From: Eledone cirrhosa
Lineage: Eukaryota
Direction: 5' to 3'
Assembly: GCA_964016885.1 (NCBI GenBank)
Contig: OZ024744.1
Coordinates: forward strand, 94,612,001 to 94,676,000
Length of the DNA: 64,000 nt
The notes beneath the pieces are model-generated. The model worked only from the letters and a program-made list of their open reading frames with translations. It did not search any database and was not told the DNA's origin. This document shows, piece after piece, positions 1-14,250 of this stretch. A program made the position numbers and the translations under genes. The first letter of the stretch is position 1. The number at the start of each line of letters is the position of its first letter.

Positions 1-567
1 ATTGTCTTATTGATCCATTTCTCAGCCAGGAAAATGCCTACCCCACCTAACCCATCATCCTTACCTACCCAGAAAAGCTTATAACTATGTTTTCCTACGA
101 CTAGTCTCGCAGAGGCACCTCTCCATCTCACCTCTTGCACGCAGCACACATCCACATGACTTCTCTCCAGCATCTCCGCTATTTCAGCAGATATACCTGT
201 GAGAGTGCCAACATTAAGTGTTGCAACTCTGAGATGCGATGTCTTCATATTTTGTTGTTGTTCCTATTTGTTGCTGATAAGCGTTTTGGCATTGATACAC
301 TGGTTGGATGCCCTTCCTAACACCAGTGCCACTTTACAGCATGGACTGAGTGCTTTTATTTGTGCCACCACCCACTAGAGAGGATGTCTTACTAGACTCA
401 AGAGCCCTCTCTACCCCTCCATTTTACAGCATGGTCAACCCCCCCCCCCACACTTATTGACACTCACGACATACACACACACATACACACACACACACAC
501 ACTCACTCACACACCAACTCATGCATACAAACACTCACACCACTCACACACACAAACACATACATAC

Positions 568-623
<56 letters not shown>

Positions 624-808
624 CCGTCAGTACTGAATCAAAATCATGTCAACTGTTGGCTTTTCCAGTCCAGTTAAGTTTTTATATAACAATAGTAATA
701 ATTGTTTGCTTTACAGCAAAGAGCAACCCCCCCCCCCCCCCCCCCAAAAAAAAAACAACAAAAAAAAACAAGGCACCAGCAATGCACTGGGACAATAGCT
801 GCCCCGTG

Positions 809-852
<44 letters not shown>

Positions 853-975
853 TCACCGTACGTAAGCTGGATACAGACCCCTTGGCCTGTCTGGGAGGTT
901 AGTGGTCCTGCTTCAGTACTGGCTTGGTCTATGTAGACCTGTCCACCTCTTGCTAGCAGGGAAAGTGGACATTAA

Positions 976-1022
<47 letters not shown>

Positions 1023-1849
1023 AATATATATATATATGTATCATATATATATATGCACTGGCTGAAGCATACATCTAGTGTGCATCACCTTCACCTCCAC
1101 TTTCCTTCTATTCAACTCCCACATCATAACACTCTGCCGCCTCATGCCCATATACCCACCTCCCCAATCCCCACACACTTCTCCCACTAAAGTCCTGTAA
1201 AGAGGTTGTGATGGCGACACAACGAAAAGCGCCCAGCTTACACTGTAAAGTGGTTGTGTAGTTGACATAACAAAAAGCACCAGTCCACACTGTAAAGTGG
1301 TTATGTAGGTGATATGACAAACATCATCTACTGCACACTGTAAAGTGGTTGTGTAGTTGACATAACAAAAAGCACCCAGTCTATGCTGTAATGTGGTTGT
1401 GTAGGTGTCAGGATAAAAAGCACCCAGTCCACACTGTAAAGTGGTTATGTAGGTGATATGATAAACATCTACTGCACACTGTAAAGTGGTTGTGTAGTTG
1501 ACATGACAAAAAGCACCCAGTCTATGCTGTAATGTGGTTGTGTAGGTGTCAGGATAAAAAGCACCCAGTACTCAGTGTAAATGAGGTTGGTGTTAGAAAG
1601 GGCATCCAGCTGTAGAAACCAAGCTAAAATCAGTTCTGTATGAGCAAGACACGATCATCTGATCTGACTTGTCTCACAACAGGGCAACTCGTCTAACCCA
1701 TTCTAGTATGGTAAAATGGACGTTAAATGGTGGTAATGATGATCATATATATAAGATGGCAACATGAATGGACCTGCTATTTTTCTCTGAGCATATTTTT
1801 TCCAATTCCACCCCGCCCATTCCTTCAATCTTTCTAATTTCTCATTCTT

Positions 1850-1885
1850 TCTTCTGATGAAGGACTAGCGTCCGAAACGTTGAGA
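1850..1885 (+). ncRNA. Minimal type I hammerhead ribozyme
   Basis: TCTT-CTGATGA-A GGAC TAGC GTCC-GAAA-C-GTT-GAGA. Palindromic AACGTT stem III (dimer type), GUU site. Confidence 0.7.
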
Positions 1886-2201
1886 TTATTTTCCTGTTAT
1901 TTTCCTGCTATTTCAAGCATTAACCTAATATATTCCTTCCATATACTGTACCGATTGTATTGTTATTTCTGTTTATCTTTTACATACATATATCATCATC
2001 ATTTTACGTCCGCTTTTCCCTGCTTGCAAGGGTGGGACGGGTCCTCTTCAGCACAGTATCTCTCCATTTGTCACAGTCCTTCGTCATCTCCTCTGTGAGC
2101 TTCAGCAATCTCAGGTCCGCTCTCACTACCTCTGCCCATGTTTTTCGTGGTCGTCTTCTATTGTGTCTACCTTCTACTGGGGTTTCTTAGTACTTCTTTA
2201 C

Positions 2202-2240
<39 letters not shown>

Positions 2241-2626
2241 CATTTATAAAATTTTGTTCCTTGTAAGTATTGCAGGATACTCTAGGTCATTCTGGTTTGT
2301 TGACATTTATTCCCATGGATAGGAAGGATGTTAGTGTTAGCCTTCTGTAAGATTTTGACTTTGGAAGAATCTCAGTTATGAAACACTAGACAATGTCACC
2401 TGAGTCAAGAGGCTGGTGAACTATATTGTATATCATCTCATTATATTTACAGCCTGTATTACAGTCAGGATTATTTGGAACTGAATGTCAGTGGTTGTAA
2501 CAGGATATAAATCTTTTTGCCAGCAGGCAGGTTTCCTGACTACATGGCCAGCTGGTTCATTTTAAATATATTTGAATAATTGTAATTTTGACATTGCACT
2601 CATAATTACACTCCAGTTACCTGCCA

Positions 2627-2663
<37 letters not shown>

Positions 2664-2720
2664 TGTGTCTGTTGGTATGTGTCTGTCTGTCTGTCTCTCT
2701 CTCTTTCTCTCTCTCTCTCC

Positions 2721-2760
<40 letters not shown>

Positions 2761-3126
2761 CAGTGGCGAAGGGTAACCTGGAAAGCAGGGCATGCAGTCG
2801 AATCGCCATGGCGGAAAGTGGGGCTGTGCAGCCTTGCCCCCACCCCCCAATTCCCTCTAAATGACCCTCCCGGTCAAAGCCGCATGTAGTGTTATCTAGT
2901 GTGTGTTATCTTTTTATGTGACTACGATTTAGTAAGCAGTCAAAATTCTGCTTGCCCCAAAGCTGTCGTGTGTTTGTGTGTGTGTGTGTGTGTGTTATCT
3001 TTTTTGTGTCTATAATTTTAGTAAGCAACCAAAATTCTGCTTGCTTCAACTGACGCAATTGATCAACTCAAGATCAACTATAACGCATGCACTGCATGCG
3101 TTGCATGCACGGACCCTTCGCCCCTG
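2761..3126. mobile_element. Non-autonomous TIR element, hAT-like termini
   Basis: 14-bp TIR CAGTGGCGAAGGGT / ACCCTTCGCCCCTG (1 mismatch), inserted in a TA tract. Confidence 0.65.
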
Positions 3127-3195
3127 ATATATATATATATATATATATATATACGATATTAAATAAATGGAAACTATATTTATAAAACCATATTT

Positions 3196-3259
3196 ATTTC
3201 ATTATATATATTTCAGGGATATCATATTAAAAATATGTTATGCCTTCTTCAGACAAAAT
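3196..3259 (-). ncRNA. Type I hammerhead ribozyme
   Basis: ATTTTGT-CTGAAGA-AGG..CCT-GAAA-TATATA-TA-ATGAAAT on minus strand. Confidence 0.8.
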
Positions 3260-4564
3260 ACAATATAAACAGTCTTATAAATAGATAGATTCGACATACC
3301 TTTCAACTTCGACTTCCATTTAAAAAGTTGATTTGGTAGTAAAAAATATTAGGGACAGTTATAAAAAGAAAGAAAGAAAAAACGAAGAAAAAGAAGAAAT
3401 GCATGCAACTAAATAGAGAGAGATAGATATAGGGAGATAGATAGAGAGAAGAAATTCATGTAAAGAAACAGAGAGATATATAGAGAGAGGAAAAACACAG
3501 AGGGAGATAGATAGAGAGAGAGAGAGAAGAGAGAGAGAAAATATAGAGAGATAGATATAGATAGAGATAGAGAGAAAGAAAATAGGTAGTTGGGCACCAG
3601 TTGAATGACGTATCAATGATATATTTATCTATTTATTCATTTAGCTCTAGTTTTAATGTAGAGAGAGATATATGTGGTTAGGAGAGAAAACAGCCGTTAC
3701 ATAGAGAGAAAAGAAAAATATCCAGACATAAACGAGGCAGATTTAAAACATTATGTTTCATCAATGTAAAAATATCAATTCGTATAAATCAGGCATTATA
3801 ATGTAAATATCAGTATTCATGAATGAGACACGTATCAATAATGTGTGAAAAATAATGATCATATGTCTAGTTTAAAATTCCTAGGTTTATATCAGAGTTG
3901 AGATAAAATAGAAGGTTATCCCAGATTCGATACTATAGACATCCATGTGAATTTACGTGATCAACTCTGCAAATTCCTATTTCACACGAAAACATTCTCT
4001 TTGTGCTATAAAAATTCTAGTATACATATATGTGTACATACACACAAATATATATAGAGTCTACATTAATTTTAACAATACTATTCTTGTCTTTACTCTA
4101 CATGATTATCGTTCAAGCATAAATAGAGAACAGATATCAATATATCAATAAAAATATCAGAAATAAAAAAAATAAAAAAACAAAAAAATATTAAAAATAA
4201 AAATATTAAAAATAAAACATAGTATGCCCCGCAAATCAACCACAGAGATCAACCCTTCAAAGTTAATTGACAATATATTGCCAAGTTTGTTATAAGCATC
4301 AGAATCAAAAGCAAACAAAACCAAAAATTATTTACCAAATCCTGTCTAGCAGAAATCCTTCCAAAAGTTTAGGATACCCATTTGATCTACAGATGGTCTT
4401 ATATTTAATATAGAAGTTTATCTAGTGTAAAATTTATTCGATATATTTGGAGCATCAGCTTTTAGGGTAGTTTAATTATTCATGAAGAATGTTTAAAATA
4501 AAAAAGAAATCGAAAGATTAATCGGCGAGTTTCATAAATAATTATAAATCAAATTAAATATACT

Positions 4565-6616
4565 ACATTTTAAATTTATATTTATATTTAAAAGTTGAGT
4601 TCAATCTATGTCTGCAGCAACTGAATAAATTTGTCCGTAAATTAAGGGAATTTTTAGATTTTAGTATAAAGAATATCTCCTCCGCGCAGAGGTCACATGT
4701 CTCAGAGGATGAATTAAAAGGAATCCCTCTTGAGACTATATTCCAAGCCGTCGAATATCCAACGTTATCATGGCTAAGTTGCCAGAGTAAGCCTGATAGT
4801 GATGTTGAAGATTTTTTGCTTGGATCTGTGAAAGAATTCTTGTGGTTATTATAGCGAAGTTTAAATTCTGTCGAGGTGGAACCAACATAGTTAAAAGAAT
4901 TTAGATCTATCTCTACAGTTACATTTGTTTACTTGGATATTATTTATGCTATTATCGGTATTTTGGCTAGGTTTTAAATTCCTATTATTTATTCTATTAA
5001 TATTTTGTGCTAAATTTTTGGTGGATGAGTAGGTTAATTTTATAGTATGTCTATTGAAAATTGAGTGATACCTGTGTGTTCTAGGGAAGCGATTATCAAG
5101 AGCATTAAAAAATAGTTTAGCGATGTGGGTTTTAATGTTTAGTGAGAAAGGGGGGGCAAACCATATTATATTCCTAGTTCTATTTCTTTTTTGGCTTTTG
5201 GAATTATTGTAATGCTTTCTATTATAGTTGTTAAAGTTGTTGCCGTAATTAAAATTGTTGTTATTTTGGTTAGTTTGTCTATTATTATCTATGTACATAA
5301 TTTTATCACTATATCCTGCTCTAGCTAACGCTTCATTGTAATACTGGGCTTTTTCGTCGAAAATCTTTTTATTAGATGAGATTCTAGAGATACGTTTTTG
5401 AACAGAGTTTACTATAGTATTTTTAACAGATCTGGGGTGGTTAGAGTTAAAGCTGACATAGTTTAAGTTTTCATTCAACTTGTGAAATGGATAGTGAAGA
5501 CATGTGTTGAGATTTAATGTTACATCTAGGAAATTGACTATTCTATGGTTATTCTCAATTTCTATTTTTAGATTAAAGTAATTAAAAAATTGTGTAATTT
5601 GTTTTCTTTTTCTATTTAGTTCAGAGTTATTATTTTCAATAAGTAAAAGCATGTCATCTCTATATAAACCTCCGGTAGCACCGGGTATTTTCCTATGCAG
5701 CGAATTGATTAAAAATAGGCCCACAAGGTCAGTTACCTGAGCTGAGTCGGATGATCCCATAGTAATGTCGAAATTGTTATCTCTATCTGCTCTGGTCTAT
5801 AGTTGGTCATTAAATTCTATCAATGTTTTCCTAGCCGATAATATAATGTGCATTTCATTGCTAGTTAGGTCTGTATGTTTGAATGCGTAATTTAGTGCCT
5901 TATTTAGTAGATTAGGGGTAATAGATGAATAATAGTTAGCAATATCTAGTTGAATAAACTTATTATTATTGTTATATTTAATTTCTTTAAACCACTCAAT
6001 AACCTCTCCAGTTCCCTTCCACAAGCTCAAGTTAGGTAAACAATTCAAGTTTTTAATTTGCTGTATCACCCTGTCTAGAATGTTTTTGCTAAGTTTACCC
6101 AGGTCAGATTTTGATGGTGCAATCAATCTGACTGGCAGGTCATTTTCAAAATTTCTTTTGTGATCTTTCATATTGATCTTCGGTTTCCTGGGCATGAAAG
6201 GTTGTGTTCTGTTCTCAATTTCCAACTCATGCATTATACAAGATGCCTCAACATTCATTTTCTCAAGCTCGGCCTTATCTGCTACCTTGTACTTTTTCCT
6301 CAGTTCTTTCAGTATGAGGCCATTATACATGTCTTTTTGCACTCCATAGAGGTTGTTGGTCTTGTCAGATTTCACCAAGATCTTCTCAGTTTTCTCTAAG
6401 CTCTCAATATTATCCTTAATGCCTTTCAGATATTCCTGGCCTTTGAAGTTTCTCTTGAATTTGACTCCTTGTATGATAGAAATTATATCGTTTTCAAAGT
6501 CAAATAAAAGTTTATTGGGGGGTGGATTTCTTTTAGATTTGAAAACTTTGTCTAAGTCCGAGACATTTTCATTTATATTAGATTTATCAAAGTGGAATGC
6601 CCGCCACCTGATTCTC
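4565..6616 (-). pseudogene. Disrupted PLE RT/GIY-YIG ORF
   Basis: ORF pieces 5797-6378 and 4891-5760 are separated by an in-frame TAG. A ~65-70 nt deletion near 4900 (relative to the copy at 39640-39720) removes CPLNNNCL..IY between TCTAA microhomologies. Confidence 0.85.
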
Positions 6617-7593
6617 CTTATATTTTTAATATTTTTTTAATATTTTTTTAATATTTTTATTTTTAATATTTTTTTGTTTTTTTATTTTTTTTATTTCTGA
6701 TATTTTTATTGATATATTGATATCTGTTCTCTATTTATGCTTGAACGATAATCATGTAGAGTAAAGACAAGATAGTATTGTTAAAATTAATGTAGACTCT
6801 ATATATATTTGTGTGTATGTACACATATATGTATACTAGAATTTTTATAGCACAAAGAGAATGTTTTCGTGTGAAATAGGAATTTGCAGAGTTGATCACG
6901 TAAATTCACATGGATGTCTATAGTATCGAATCTGGGATAACCTATTTTATCTCAACTCTGATATAAACCTAGGAATTTTAAACTAGACATATGATCATTA
7001 TTTTTCACACATTATTGATACGTGTCTCATTCATGAATACTGATATTTACATTATAATGCCTGATTTATACGAATTGATATTTTTACATTGATGAAACAT
7101 AATGTTTTAAATCTGCCTCGTTTATGTCTGGATATTTTTCTTTTCTCTCTATGTAACGGCTGTTTTCTCTCCTAACCACATATATCTCTCTCACATTAAT
7201 ACTAGAGCTAAATGAATAAATAGATAAATAAATATATCATTGATACGTCATTCAACTGGTGCCCAACTACCTATTTTCTTTCTCTCTATCTCTATCTATA
7301 TCTACCTCTCTATATTTTCTCTCTCTTCTCTCTCTCTATCTATCTCCCTCTGTGTTTTTTCCTCTCTCTATATATCTCTCTCTGTTTCTTTACATGAATT
7401 TCTTCTCTCTATCTATCTCTCTATATCTATCTATCTCTATTTAGTTGCATGCATTTCTTCTTTTTCTTCGTTTTTTCTTTCTTTCTTTTTATAACTGTCC
7501 CTAATATTTTTCACTACCAAATCAACTTTTTAAATGGAAGTCGAAGTTGAAAGGTATGTCGAATCTATCTATTTATAAGACTGTTTATATTGT

Positions 7594-7657
7594 ATTTTGT
7601 CTGAAGAAGGCATAACATATTTTTAATATGATATCCCTGAAATATATATAATGAAAT
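7594..7657 (+). ncRNA. Type I hammerhead ribozyme
   Basis: Inverted copy of 3196-3259; AUA site. Confidence 0.8.
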
Positions 7658-7767
7658 AAATATGGTTTTATAAATATAGTTTCCATTTATTTAATATCGT
7701 AAATATACTCCAAATACTTGTTGAGTGCTTTTATATCAGTTGTAACCCAACAATTTAAATATAACTT

Positions 7768-7808
<41 letters not shown>

Positions 7809-7983
7809 TCATCTATCAAGTCTGATAAATAGGTAAAACACCAGACTAACAAGGCTCACTATTTAGCCTTAATAAAATGAATATTAAAACTCTACTTCGG
7901 TATTGTGTACTCTTTTCGCTCAGCTGCCAACCACACACACACATACATGCATATATATATATATATAGATAAAATATATATTT

Positions 7984-8043
<60 letters not shown>

Positions 8044-8878
8044 TATATATTTACATATATATATAGTATATATATTTACATATATATATATATATATATA
8101 TGTATATAGTATATATATTTACATACATATATATATAGTATATATATTTACATACATATATATATATAGTATATATATTTACATACATATATATATAGTA
8201 TATATATTTACATACATATATATATAGTATATATATTTACATACATATATATATAGTATATATATTTACATACATATATATATAGTATATATATTTACAT
8301 ACATATATATAGTATATATATTTACATACATATATATAGTATATATATTTACATACATATATATAATACATATATAGTATATATATATATAAATACATAA
8401 ATACAGAAAGCTATTAGCGATATTCCGACCAATTTCCAATTCACTCAACAAACATTAGGAAATACCGGAGTATATTCCCAATTAAACGTTTGGGGTGCTA
8501 ACTATATTGTATTGTGTGGATAGTCTGCTGCATTATTTTATATGAGATATATTAAAAACTCAATCCCCATACGATCATTTCATTATAAGATTTCTGCATG
8601 GTGGGTGAAATTTTACCAAGTTATGTAGAATCTTGCATAAGATCAATGGATTCCCATGCAAGTGGGCGCTTATAAATCTTCAGTGGGTGCCCAATAATAT
8701 CAATATTAATAACTAAATCAACATTAATATTTAGAGATAATCTCCATCAGTGCTAGAAAGAGCTGCCTAGGTTGTATGTCCAGCAGTTCTAAAGAAAATC
8801 TCACACTGTCCCCAAAATAGGAGAGGGAGGTCATCGTAAAAAATAAAATAATATACACGCAGGTCATTGAACCCTGTC

Positions 8879-8909
<31 letters not shown>

Positions 8910-8914
8910 TATAT

Positions 8915-9279
8915 ATAAGAAGAAATTAAAAGATGGTTAAAAAAGTTCCATGTATTTTATTATGGGCATTTCATAAACAAATATCATCCAGGGATGATAT
9001 TTGCGTTCTAAGAACATATGTTGTTTAGACACTACCTTGCTCACAAGTGTCTTTTTTTAAGCTTCATATCATGTCTCCCTATTTTATCTGATGAGAACGC
9101 AAATATCGTCCCTGGATGATATTTGTTTTTGAAATGCACATAATAAAATACATGGAACTTTTTTAACCATCTTTTAATTTCTTCTTATATATATACTCCA
9201 GTCCAATAAACTGTTGAGTGCTACTTATCCGATATTTGCATTGCTTTATTGTGCTATAATAAAACTCAGCTCCTACATT
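8915..9279. mobile_element. Short PLE terminal remnant with inverted arms
   Basis: 8915-9009 is the reverse complement of ~9094-9190. HHR at 9080-9150. Same family as 56497-56640. Confidence 0.8.
9080..9150 (+). ncRNA. Type I hammerhead ribozyme
   Basis: TATTTTAT-CTGATGA-GAACGCAAATATCGTCC CT GGATGATATTTGTTTTT-GAAA-TGCACA-TA-ATAAAATA. Confidence 0.85.
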
Positions 9280-9280
9280 A

Positions 9281-9366
<86 letters not shown>

Positions 9367-9531
9367 AATATATATATATAATATATACATATATAGTATA
9401 TATATTTACATACAAATATATATATATATATTATATATATATATGTGTGTGTGCATATATATATATATGTATATTTATATATGTATAGATATATGTATAG
9501 ATATATGTATATATATATGTATAGATATATG

Positions 9532-9566
<35 letters not shown>

Positions 9567-9644
9567 GTATATATGTATGTATATATGTATATATGTATGT
9601 ATATATGTATGTATATATATATATATGGATATATATATATATGT

Positions 9645-9992
9645 GGAGGCACATGGCTTAGTGGTTAGAGCATTGGCCTTGCAATCGAAAGGTTGTGAGT
9701 TCAATTCTCAGACCGGGTGATGTGTTGTTTCCTTGAGCAAGACACTTTATTTCACATTGCTCCAGTTTACTCAGCTGTAGAAATGAGATGATATGGACTT
9801 GAGTCCCTATCATTCCACTGCAAAGTGGTCGTGGAGGTGCCACGGCAAAAAAGCACCCAGCACTCACTGTAAATGAGGTTGGTGTTAGGAAGGGCATCCA
9901 GCTGTAGAAATCAAGCCAGAATCAGTTCCCGTCCCACCCTTGCAAGCAGGGAAAAGTGGACGTAAAATGAAATGATGATGATGAATGATGAT
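9645..9992 (+). mobile_element. tRNA-derived CORE-type SINE with RTE-derived tail
   Basis: A box TGGCTTAGTGG, B box GAGTTCAATTC, CORE-like CCTTGAGCAAGACACTTT..CAGTTTACTCAGCTGTAGAAATG. 3' end matches RTE 45310-45372. Confidence 0.85.
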
Positions 9993-10077
9993 GTATGTAT
10001 ATATATGTATATATATGGATATATATATATATGTATGTATATATATGGATATATATATATATGTATGTATATATATG

Positions 10078-10173
<96 letters not shown>

Positions 10174-10218
10174 TAAACAAATAATGAATAAACAATTCCT
10201 TATATTAAACAAAAAAAG

Positions 10219-10373
10219 TTCATTATTTAACGATCGTTTCTAGGGTATATATGTGTTATAATTGGTATGCATATTCAACAGATCTATGTACAAAATTATA
10301 CAAAATTATACAAATTATCAAGATTAAATATACATACCTAACACATATATACGCCGTCTTCAGAAATAATGAA
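10219..10373 (-). ncRNA. Type I hammerhead with long stem II
   Basis: Inverted copy of 13427-13581. Confidence 0.8.
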
Positions 10374-11188
10374 GTATATTTATTGATAATAACAACAATT
10401 CAAAATTTCAGTTCAAAATTGACCAATGAAAACACAAAGGGTTAAAAGCAGTTCGGTGTGTGTATATACATGTAAAATCCTTACACATATTTTACAAAAA
10501 TGTATGTATAACTTGTATACGCATACTAAAAAGATGGATGCAAACACAAAATTTCAAGGTTAATATCTCTGTAAGCTTAAAATGCGCTGATAAGATGCGC
10601 ATTGATACTTATGGAGTCAAGCATATAAATATATTTTTTCATACTCACACATATCAGTACAATCACACATACACGCGCGTATATGCATAAATATACACAT
10701 AACCACGAACATACAAACACACACACACCCCCACTCACATTTATATATGTGGATATAAAATCATAAGCATATGGATATTAAATCACTCACATAAAACACT
10801 GGCACACACATTTCAAGATCAAGATACAGAAATTAGGTGGGAGGGGGGGGAGGGGTCAGTATTCAATTGTCTGAGCAGACTGCCTAATATAAATGTATCT
10901 ATAAATTAAGAAAAATAAAAAAATAAAACAATAAAATATAATAAATATAATATAACATACATACACATACAGATATATACACATACATACATGTACGCGC
11001 ACATAGAAATATTTACGCATACACACATACACACATACATATACAGTCATACACACACATACACTTACACGAACATACACATACACATATAAAGATATAT
11101 ATATACAACACACACACACACGCAACACATACACACATACACATATATATAAAAAATAAATAATAAAGATATATATCCATATATATAT

Positions 11189-11239
<51 letters not shown>

Positions 11240-11318
11240 CATACACATACATCTAAATATACATACACATACATACACACATACATGTACATACATGTAC
11301 ATACATATACGCACATCG

Positions 11319-11363
<45 letters not shown>

Positions 11364-11666
11364 TAGACATATAGATACATACACACACAACTTACATACA
11401 CACATATATATATATATAGATGTACATTCATACATAGAATTAGATATATAATCATACATACATATGCACCTACTTATACTCATATATATAAATACATACG
11501 CTTCCATATATGCGTATATACATAAAAAACACTACAACCTCACCTAACTCAGACATACAAATAAAAATAATAATAAAAAGGCATATTTATATACATACAC
11601 ACACGCATTAATAGATATATATATATATACACACATACATACACATATATATATATACATATATAT

Positions 11667-11705
<39 letters not shown>

Positions 11706-11794
11706 TACACTCATACATATATATATATATATATATATATAAACATATATATCCACACACTCATACCACCATAAATACACATACAAACACCCAC

Positions 11795-11826
<32 letters not shown>

Positions 11827-11827
11827 G

Positions 11828-11863
<36 letters not shown>

Positions 11864-11941
11864 TAAAAAACAGACATGCACATATATATATATATTTAAA
11901 AAAATATATATATATATATATATGTGCATGTCTGTTTTTTA

Positions 11942-11977
<36 letters not shown>

Positions 11978-11978
11978 C

Positions 11979-12010
<32 letters not shown>

Positions 12011-12097
12011 GTGGGTGTTTGTATGTGTATTTATGGTGGTATGAGTGTGTGGATATATATGTTTATATATATATATATATATATATGTATGAGTGTA

Positions 12098-12136
<39 letters not shown>

Positions 12137-12439
12137 ATATATATGTATATATATATATGTGTATGTATGTGTGTATATATATATATATCTATTAATGCGT
12201 GTGTGTATGTATATAAATATGCCTTTTTATTATTATTTTTATTTGTATGTCTGAGTTAGGTGAGGTTGTAGTGTTTTTTATGTATATACGCATATATGGA
12301 AGCGTATGTATTTATATATATGAGTATAAGTAGGTGCATATGTATGTATGATTATATATCTAATTCTATGTATGAATGTACATCTATATATATATATATG
12401 TGTGTATGTAAGTTGTGTGTGTATGTATCTATATGTCTA

Positions 12440-12484
<45 letters not shown>

Positions 12485-12563
12485 CGATGTGCGTATATGT
12501 ATGTACATGTATGTACATGTATGTGTGTATGTATGTGTATGTATATTTAGATGTATGTGTATG

Positions 12564-12610
<47 letters not shown>

Positions 12611-13426
12611 ATATATATATGGATATATATCTTTATTATTTATTTTTTATATATATGTGTATGTGTGTATGTGTTGCGTGTGTGTGTGTGTTGTATATAT
12701 ATATCTTTATATGTGTATGTGTATGTTCGTGTAAGTGTATGTGTGTGTATGACTGTATATGTATGTGTGTATGTGTGTATGCGTAAATATTTCTATGTGC
12801 GCGTACATGTATGTATGTGTATATATCTGTATGTGTATGTATGTTATATTATATTTATTATATTTTATTGTTTTATTTTTTTATTTTTCTTAATTTATAG
12901 ATACATTTATATTAGGCAGTCTGCTCAGACAATTGAATACTGACCCCTCCCCCCCCCTCCCACCTAATTTCTGTATCTTGATCTTGAAATGTGTGTGCCA
13001 GTGTTTTATGTGAGTGATTTAATATCCATATGCTTATGATTTTATATCCACATATATAAATGTGAGTGGGGGTGTGTGTGTGTTTGTATGTTCGTGGTTA
13101 TGTGTATATTTATGCATATACGCGCGTGTATGTGTGATTGTACTGATATGTGTGAGTATGAAAAAATATATTTATATGCTTGACTCCATAAGTATCAATG
13201 CGCATCTTATCAGCGCATTTTAAGCTTACAGAGATATTAACCTTGAAATTTTGTGTTTGCATCCATCTTTTTAGTATGCGTATACAAGTTATACATACAT
13301 TTTTGTAAAATATGTGTAAGGATTTTACATGTATATACACACACCGAACTGCTTTTAACCCTTTGTGTTTTCATTGGTCAATTTTGAACTGAAATTTTGA
13401 ATTGTTGTTATTATCAATAAATATAC

Positions 13427-13581
13427 TTCATTATTTCTGAAGACGGCGTATATATGTGTTAGGTATGTATATTTAATCTTGATAATTTGTATAATTTTGT
13501 ATAATTTTGTACATAGATCTGTTGAATATGCATACCAATTATAACACATATATACCCTAGAAACGATCGTTAAATAATGAA
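13427..13581 (+). ncRNA. Type I hammerhead with long stem II
   Basis: TTCATTATTT-CTGAAGA-[116 nt incl. GTATATATGTGTTA/TAACACATATATAC]-GAAA-CGATCG-TT-AAATAATGAA. Confidence 0.8.
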
Positions 13582-13769
13582 CTTTTTTTGTTTAATATAA
13601 GGAATTGTTTATTCATTATTTGTTTAATATTTTATCTTGACTCTGTATACCGTTTATCTTTCACCGAAAGTGGTTTTTCATTACATCTCTTCTTTCCATG
13701 ATATCCGGAATACATTGAGTTCTTCATACGGATTGGACACTACCGTAAACTCTTGGTAGATTTATCTAC

Positions 13770-13886
<117 letters not shown>

Positions 13887-13970
13887 CATATATATACATA
13901 TATGTATATATATATATGTATGTATATATATATGTATGTATATATATGTATATATATATGTATATATATG

Positions 13971-14001
<31 letters not shown>

Positions 14002-14188
14002 ATATATATGTATGTATATATATGTATATATATATGTATGTATATATATGTATATATATATATGTATATATATATGTATATATATGTATATATATATGTA
14101 TATATATATATATGTATGTATGTATATATATGTATATATATGTATATATATGTATGTATATATATGTATATATGTATGTATATATATG

Positions 14189-14221
<33 letters not shown>

Positions 14222-14250
14222 GTATGTATATATATATATATATATATATG

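Larger units (their letters stand above)
3152..7771 (-). mobile_element. Penelope-like element (Naiad-type), 5'-truncated, with an inverted copy of its 3' end
   Basis: Minus-strand RT (MGSSDSAQVTDLVG, GLYRDD, VNFLDV) and GIY-YIG remnant. ~1.07-kb inverted arms at ~3152-4215 and ~6617-7701. Hammerheads in both arms. Flanked by (TA)n. Confidence 0.9.
10188..13752. mobile_element. Non-coding PLE-derived insertion with ~1.7-kb inverted arms
   Basis: 10188-~11900 is the reverse complement of ~11905-13634. Hammerhead near each outer end. One-sided tail at 13635-13770. Confidence 0.75.

Noticed and set aside
8562-8651. Possible minus-strand hammerhead upstream of the 8442-8472 hairpin
   Set aside because: GAAA-TGATCG-TA and long stem II are present, but the first box reads TTGATCT; too degenerate to call.
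9645-9716. tRNA gene
   Set aside because: A/B boxes present but no acceptor stem, and it continues into a SINE body; it is a SINE head.
13183-13233. SECIS-like hairpin (also 10567-10617)
   Set aside because: Helix too short and lacks the RUGA/GA quartet; not downstream of a UGA-containing ORF.
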